A stretch of 64,000 bases of DNA from an uncultured Planctomycetia bacterium (GTDB lineage: Bacteria; Omnitrophota; Gorgyraeia; 2-02-FULL-51-18): contig CAZXLF010000001.1 in assembly GCA_964642015.1 (NCBI GenBank), positions 254,375 to 318,374 of the forward strand, read 5' to 3'. The notes under the pieces were generated by a model. It had not been told where the DNA came from. It saw only the letters and a program-made list of their open reading frames with translations, and did no database searches. The stretch's first letter is position 1. Each line of letters opens with the position of its first letter. Below, in pieces: positions 59,273 through 64,000 of the stretch. The position numbers and the translations under genes are program-made.

Positions 59273-59300
59273 TTGACATTAAAATCTAACTGTGGATAAT
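59273..59300 (+). promoter_or_regulatory. putative sigma70-type promoter (TTGACA-16-GATAAT) for the cytochrome oxidase operon
   Basis: Perfect -35 'ttgaca' 59273-59278, 16-nt spacer, -10 'gataat' 59295-59300, ~50 nt upstream of the coxB start. Confidence 0.4.
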
Positions 59301-59352
59301 TGTAAGCTTAAATAAGTACACGAGTTGTTTTCCGTTCATAGAGGACTGATCG

Positions 59353-60108
59353 TTGCAGCCAAAATATTACGGATGGGGGCTTCCCATCGATATTTCAACG
59401 ACCGGAGCGCAGATCGATCAACTGATCAATCTGCTCCATATTTTTATGCTCGTTCTTTTCGTGGGTTGGGGAGCATTTTTCATCTATGTGCTGATCCGCT
59501 TCCGCAAAAGAGACGGTCACAAGGCCGAATATCATATCCAGCATTTCAAAACACCGACCTATCTTGAGGCCGGTGTGGCGGTCACCGAATTCGTGCTTCT
59601 GTTCGTTTTCGCGATCCCTATTTGGCATGCACAGAAGAACGAGATGCCGCCGCGTGACAAATCGCTGGTTTTGCATGTCGTGGCGGAACAATTCGCCTGG
59701 AACATCCACTATCCCGGTAAGGACGGTATCTTTGGCAAAACAGATCCCAAACTTATTTCTTCGACAAATCCGATCGGCGCCGATCCGAATGACCCCAATG
59801 GCAAGGATGATGTCATCACCTTGAATCAACTGCATATTCCGGTCGACACACCGGTCATCGTCGATCTTATGTCAAAGGACGTGATCCACAGCTTTACCTT
59901 GCCGGTGATGCGTGTGAAGCAGGACGTGATCCCCGGTCAGAAGATCCCGATCTGGTTTCAGGCCAAACAGACGGGGAATTTCGAGATCGCTTGTGCTCAG
60001 CTTTGCGGGCTAGGGCATTACCGCATGCGGGGATTTTTTGTCGTGGACTCCAAAGAAGATTTTGCGAAGTGGTTTGCCGAACAGACCGCGGAAAAGGCCA
60101 AACAATGA
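59353..60108 (+). CDS. ctaC: cytochrome c oxidase subunit II (CuA subunit, no fused cytochrome c domain)
   Basis: Two N-terminal TM helices, then the cupredoxin domain with the CuA ligands 'DVIHSF' ... 'CAQLCGLGHYRM' (C-x-Q-x-C-G-x2-H-x2-M). TTG start. Confidence 0.8.
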   Translation: MQPKYYGWGLPIDISTTGAQIDQLINLLHIFMLVLFVGWGAFFIYVLIRFRKRDGHKAEYHIQHFKTPTYLEAGVAVTEFVLLFVFAIPIWHAQKNEMPPRDKSLVLHVVAEQFAWNIHYPGKDGIFGKTDPKLISSTNPIGADPNDPNGKDDVITLNQLHIPVDTPVIVDLMSKDVIHSFTLPVMRVKQDVIPGQKIPIWFQAKQTGNFEIACAQLCGLGHYRMRGFFVVDSKEDFAKWFAEQTAEKAKQ

Positions 60109-61847
60109 GCGATAAACATCATTCTGATCACTCCAAAGAACTGCCATTCTGGCGTAAATATATATTTTCAACGGATCATAAAGTGATCGGCATTCAATAT
60201 GCGGTCACAGGGCTTTTATTTTTGCTGTTTGGATTCTCCCTGATGATGCTGATGAGATGGCAGCTGGCGTATCCCGGAAAACCGCTGCCGTTCTTGGCGA
60301 ATTGGCTGGCTGAAAGTCCGGTGATGCCGGGAGGCATCATGCTGCCTGAGTTTTACAATCAGCTCGGCGCGATGCACGGTACGATCATGGTTTTCTTGGG
60401 TGTCGTGCCTTTAGCTGTCGGCGGGTTCGGTAATTTTGTGCTGCCGCTTCAGATCGGCGCTCCGGATATGGCATTTCCGAAGCTTAACATGCTGAGCTAC
60501 TGGCTTTATTTTACGGGCGGTGTCATTATGATCACAAGCTTCTTCGTGCCGGGAGGTGCCGCGCAATCAGGATGGACTTCTTATCCGCCACTTTCCAATA
60601 TCGCGTCCGTCGGACAGACTTTCTGGCTGATCGGCATGGCGTTTTTGATCAACTCCTCGCTTTTGGGTTCAGTGAATTTTATCGTAACGACGGTCCAGCT
60701 CCGCGCGGACGGGCTGACGTTTTTCCGTTTGCCGTTCTTTGTGTGGGCGCAGTTCGTCACGTCTTTCCTTTTATTATTAGCGTTCCCACCGCTCATGGCG
60801 GCGGCTGTGCTGCAGCTGATGGATCGCATCGCCGGATCGAGTTTCTTTATGCCATCGGGTCTCGTCGTCAACGGCGCCACGACGCAATGGGTGGGAGGCG
60901 GTAGTCCGGTGCTTTGGCAGCATCTTTTCTGGTTTTTGGCGCATCCGGAGGTTTATGTGCTGATCCTTCCGGCAATGGGCATCGTGGCTGAGGTGATCGC
61001 GTGCAATACGAGAAAGCCGCTTTATGGATATAAGGCGCTCGTATATTCAGTGATATTCTTGGGATTTTTATCTTTCATTGTTTGGGCGCATCATATGTTC
61101 CTGACGGGAATGGGCACGCAGATGAACACATTTTTCCAGATAACTACGATGATCATCTCGATCCCATCGGTGGTCGTGCTGACAACAATGATCCTGAGTT
61201 TATGGGGAGGGTCGATACGCTTTACAGTGCCGATGCTTTTCGCGCTGGCTTTTTTACCCATGTTTGGGATAGGCGGATTAACGGGTTTACCTCTTGGCTT
61301 GGCCGCGGCAGACATACATCTGCATGACACCTATTATGTGATCGGGCACTTTCATTATGTGGTAGCTCCGGGCACGATCTTTGCGTTGTTCGCCGGCGTG
61401 TATCACTGGTTCCCCAAAGCCACGGGCCGGAAAATGTCGGATATACTGGGCAAGATCCATTTTTGGCTGTCATTCGTATTTATCAACGGCGTTTTCATGC
61501 CGATGTTTATCATGGGGTTGGCCGGAGTCTCGCGTCGTCTTTATGACCCGATACAATACGCTCACGCGCAGCCCGTGCAGCCGCTGAATGTCTTTATTTC
61601 CATTTGCGCTTGGTGCCTTGGATTGGCGCAGATCCCTTTCATCATCAACTTTTTCGGCAGCATCTTTTTCGGCAAGAAAGTGGATAATAATCCTTGGGAA
61701 GCGACGACGCTTGAATGGACCGCGCCGTCTCCGCCGCCTCATGGTAATTTTGAAAAAGCACCGGTAGTTTATCGCGATCCTTATGAATACAGTGTGCCGG
61801 GATGCAAGAAGGATTTTCTGCCGCAAACCGCATCGGAGGTAAGATAA
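60105..61847 (+). CDS. ctaD: cytochrome c oxidase subunit I
   Basis: Heme-copper oxidase signature blocks 'WFFGHPEVY'-like 'FWFLAHPEVYVLILPAMG', 'HHMF', 'GGLTGLPLG...HDTYYVIGHFHYV'. ATGA overlap with ctaC. Confidence 0.9.
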   Translation: MSDKHHSDHSKELPFWRKYIFSTDHKVIGIQYAVTGLLFLLFGFSLMMLMRWQLAYPGKPLPFLANWLAESPVMPGGIMLPEFYNQLGAMHGTIMVFLGVVPLAVGGFGNFVLPLQIGAPDMAFPKLNMLSYWLYFTGGVIMITSFFVPGGAAQSGWTSYPPLSNIASVGQTFWLIGMAFLINSSLLGSVNFIVTTVQLRADGLTFFRLPFFVWAQFVTSFLLLLAFPPLMAAAVLQLMDRIAGSSFFMPSGLVVNGATTQWVGGGSPVLWQHLFWFLAHPEVYVLILPAMGIVAEVIACNTRKPLYGYKALVYSVIFLGFLSFIVWAHHMFLTGMGTQMNTFFQITTMIISIPSVVVLTTMILSLWGGSIRFTVPMLFALAFLPMFGIGGLTGLPLGLAAADIHLHDTYYVIGHFHYVVAPGTIFALFAGVYHWFPKATGRKMSDILGKIHFWLSFVFINGVFMPMFIMGLAGVSRRLYDPIQYAHAQPVQPLNVFISICAWCLGLAQIPFIINFFGSIFFGKKVDNNPWEATTLEWTAPSPPPHGNFEKAPVVYRDPYEYSVPGCKKDFLPQTASEVR

Positions 61848-62446
61848 TGTCAGAAGCGATGATCCGATACATATCGAAACCTCATCCGATTACTGGCGTA
61901 ACGAACTCAAAGCTCGGTATCTGGTGTTTTTTGGCTTCTGAAGTAATGCTTTTCGGCGGACTTTTTTCGGCCTACATCATGCTGCGGGTGGGTGCAGATA
62001 CATGGCCGCATGGCTGGGAACTTTTGAATGTGCCTCTGGCAACAATGAACACACTTTTTCTTATTACTTCAAGCGTGACAATGGTGATGTCGTGGGCATC
62101 GCTTGCGCTGAAGGACATCAAAAAATACCGGATGTACATGGCCGCGACGATTTTGCTGGGCATCTGTTTTTTGATCGTCAAAGGTTTTGAGTATCATCAC
62201 AAATTCGAGGATCATCATTTTCCGTCAACGAACAATTTTTACGCGATCTATTTCACGCTGACAGGCCTTCACGGTCTGCACGTCCTGGGGGGCATTTTGA
62301 TCAACACGTATTTTCTTTTTCCAGGCAGCGCGCTTTGGAAAAAGGACCCGGATCAATTCATGGGAAGGGTGGAGGCGGCGGGGCTTTATTGGCACTTTGT
62401 CGACTTGGTCTGGATCTTCCTTTTCCCGGTGCTGTATCTATTATAG
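61847..62446 (+). CDS. ctaE: cytochrome c oxidase subunit III
   Basis: 'LGIWCFLASEVMLFGGLFSAY' and C-terminal 'GLYWHFVDLVWIFLFPVLY' typical of subunit III. Confidence 0.8.
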   Translation: MSEAMIRYISKPHPITGVTNSKLGIWCFLASEVMLFGGLFSAYIMLRVGADTWPHGWELLNVPLATMNTLFLITSSVTMVMSWASLALKDIKKYRMYMAATILLGICFLIVKGFEYHHKFEDHHFPSTNNFYAIYFTLTGLHGLHVLGGILINTYFLFPGSALWKKDPDQFMGRVEAAGLYWHFVDLVWIFLFPVLYLL

Positions 62447-62455
62447 GAGAAGCCG

Positions 62456-62746
62456 ATGAGCGATCTTACTCCCGAAGCGGTCAAACATCACGTAAAAATC
62501 TACGTACGTGTGTTCATCGCGCTGGCCGTCATGACCGCGGTGACCGTCGCAGTTTCTTATCTCCATCTGCCTTTGCTGGCCGCTGTGATCGTAGCACTTT
62601 GCATAGCGACTTTTAAATCTTCGCTGGTGGCCGGGTTTTTCATGCATCTGACCTCTGAGAAAAAGATCATTTTTGCAATCCTCATGCTGGCCGCTTTCTT
62701 TTTCTTGGCGCTCCTATTTTTTCCGTTACTTTCGCATCACCACTAA
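62456..62746 (+). CDS. cytochrome c oxidase subunit IV (bacterial caa3/aa3 small subunit)
   Basis: 96 aa, three TM helices, 'HHVKIYVRVFIALAVMTAVTV' resembles the prokaryotic CtaF/CoxD family. Position immediately after subunit III. Confidence 0.55.
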   Translation: MSDLTPEAVKHHVKIYVRVFIALAVMTAVTVAVSYLHLPLLAAVIVALCIATFKSSLVAGFFMHLTSEKKIIFAILMLAAFFFLALLFFPLLSHHH

Positions 62747-62764
62747 TTACGCAGGCGGTGACCC

Positions 62765-62968
62765 ATGTCGCTTAGAGCCATTCATGTGATGGTGATCATA
62801 TTCTCGATAGCACTTCTATTTTTCTTCGGTATTTGGGCTTTCTCCGCATTTCAAGCTCAGGCCGGCAGGCCGTATTTCTATTGGGGCATCGCGTCGGTGT
62901 CGGCGGGAATCCTATTGGTGCCGTATCTGGTTTGGTTTATAATGAAGATGCGGAGGCCAAGTAACTGA
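62765..62968 (+). CDS. small two-TM membrane protein, hypothetical
   Basis: 67 aa, two hydrophobic helices, operonic with the cox genes. Confidence 0.3.
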   Translation: MSLRAIHVMVIIFSIALLFFFGIWAFSAFQAQAGRPYFYWGIASVSAGILLVPYLVWFIMKMRRPSN

Positions 62969-63207
62969 TGAAGTTAAAGCATTTGCTGTTGTTGACAGTT
63001 TGGGCAGCTTTTTTGACTCTATCAAAGAGCGCATTTGCGTGCTCGGTCTGCTTTGGAGACCCGAATTCTAAATCGACCCAAGGGATCTTTGCTGCGGTCT
63101 ATCTTTTGTTGGGGGTCGTGGTCTTTGTGCTGGGCGGCATCGCTTTTACCGCTATGAGCTGGGCGAAGCGGGCCAGAAGCATTGCGGCGCAGAATGGGAG
63201 TTTTTGA
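62968..63207 (+). CDS. small membrane protein with CxxC motif, hypothetical
   Basis: Signal/TM helix, 'CSVCFGD', second TM helix. Possible metal-handling accessory but unsupported. Confidence 0.3.
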   Translation: MKLKHLLLLTVWAAFLTLSKSAFACSVCFGDPNSKSTQGIFAAVYLLLGVVVFVLGGIAFTAMSWAKRARSIAAQNGSF

Positions 63208-63518
63208 TCATGTTGGCGCAGGTCAGTATTTTTCCGATGGACAAAGGCGAAAGTATCGGTAAATTCGTAGCGGATGCCGTCAGCGAGATCGACAAGAGCG
63301 GTCTGGATTATCGCATCACAGCGATGGGAACTATCATAGAAGGCGAATGGGATGCCGTTATGAAAGTTCTCAAGAAAATACGAGAGAAGCTTCTTAAAAA
63401 TTCCAGAAGGGTTTATATGACCATTTCGATTGATGACCGCCAGGGTGATCGACGTCGCCGCATCGAAACAAAAGTCAGATCTGTCGAGGAGATCCTCGGC
63501 AAGACCTTGAGAAAATGA
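63204..63518 (+). CDS. MTH1187/YkoF (UPF0045) family protein
   Basis: 'VSIFPMDKGESIGKFVADAV' N-terminal block is characteristic of the MTH1187/YkoF ferredoxin-like family. Confidence 0.65.
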   Translation: MIMLAQVSIFPMDKGESIGKFVADAVSEIDKSGLDYRITAMGTIIEGEWDAVMKVLKKIREKLLKNSRRVYMTISIDDRQGDRRRRIETKVRSVEEILGKTLRK

Positions 63519-63883
63519 ATGTCGCTGTCGTTGGCGCTTCCGATAATCCAGAAAAATATTCCTACCAAGCCGTGATGCTTTTGAGGGAAAAAGGCCACAC
63601 AGTATTTCCGGTGCACAATTCGATCCGCGAGATAGGGGGAGTAAAAGTTTATCCTTCGGTGAAGGATATCAAGGAACCGCTGGATACGATCTCTCTGTAT
63701 GTGAACCAAGAGATCTCTTCGCGCTTGGCGCAGGAGTTTTTTGATAAAAAACCGCGCAGAATGATATTCAATCCGGGCGCTGAGAATCCGGAACTGGAAT
63801 CGAAGGCGACCGCAAAAGGCATAAAGACTTTGAACGCATGCACGCTGGTGATGCTTCGCACGAACCAGTTCGAGAAAAATTAA
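63515..63883 (+). CDS. CoA-binding domain protein (YccU-like)
   Basis: 'NVAVVGASDNPEKYSYQAVMLLREKGHTVFPVHN' Rossmann-like CoA-binding motif. Confidence 0.7.
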   Translation: MNVAVVGASDNPEKYSYQAVMLLREKGHTVFPVHNSIREIGGVKVYPSVKDIKEPLDTISLYVNQEISSRLAQEFFDKKPRRMIFNPGAENPELESKATAKGIKTLNACTLVMLRTNQFEKN

Positions 63884-63887
63884 ACTT

Positions 63888-64000
63888 ATGAAAATTTTTG
63901 AAGATATCAGAGCCAGAAAGGCGAAGATCGCCGTTGTGGGACTGGGATATGTTGGTTTACCGCTGGCGGTGGAGTTCGGAAAATCTTTTAAGACCATAGG
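63888..64000 (+). CDS. nucleotide-sugar dehydrogenase (UDP-glucose/UDP-ManNAc dehydrogenase family), 5' fragment truncated by the window end
   Basis: 'KIAVVGLGYVGLPLAVEFGK' NAD-binding N-terminus typical of WecC/WbpO/Ugd enzymes. Confidence 0.7.
   Translation, partial: MKIFEDIRARKAKIAVVGLGYVGLPLAVEFGKSFKTI

Overview
This 64-kb bacterial chromosomal window is dominated by one very large, almost entirely plus-strand polysaccharide biosynthesis locus (~0.3-59.1 kb). An aa3-type cytochrome c oxidase operon follows (59.35-62.75 kb), then a few small housekeeping genes and a truncated nucleotide-sugar dehydrogenase at the window end. Genes are tightly packed with many ATGA/GTGA start-stop overlaps.

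The glycan locus is of the Wzx/Wzy-dependent type. It encodes:
- a polyprenyl-phosphate sugar-phosphotransferase (28287-29696)
- seven GT2, six or seven GT4 and two GT26 glycosyltransferases
- three Wzx-like flippases and two Wzy-like polymerases
- Wza-like and Wzc-like export components; the Wzc-like kinase domain appears catalytically dead
- precursor enzymes: GalE, WecB, a DegT aminotransferase fused to a Gfo/Idh/MocA dehydrogenase, AsnB-type and PP-loop amidotransferases
- a dense set of decoration enzymes: pyruvyl transferase, two hexapeptide acetyltransferases, three SAM methyltransferases and a sulfotransferase

The locus is coupled to a PEP-CTERM/exosortase module at 54.1-57.9 kb (exosortase, EpsI-family protein, papain-like peptidase, PEP-CTERM substrate).

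The most unusual element is a sulfation sub-module (39.4-44.2 kb). It contains APS kinase (CysC), PAP phosphatase (CysQ), a methyltransferase, and a single ORF fusing a Wzx-type multi-TM flippase to a C-terminal PAPS-type sulfotransferase domain.

A minus-strand, AT-richer island (33.4-39.1 kb) encodes three secreted proteins. One is a right-handed beta-helix protein. Another is an 840-aa protein built from tandem ~110-aa repeats; at the DNA level its gene carries two perfectly identical 330-bp copies.

No rRNA, tRNA, CRISPR arrays, transposases or integrases were recognised. All calls rest on motif reading of the supplied translations. No database search or composition statistic could be run.
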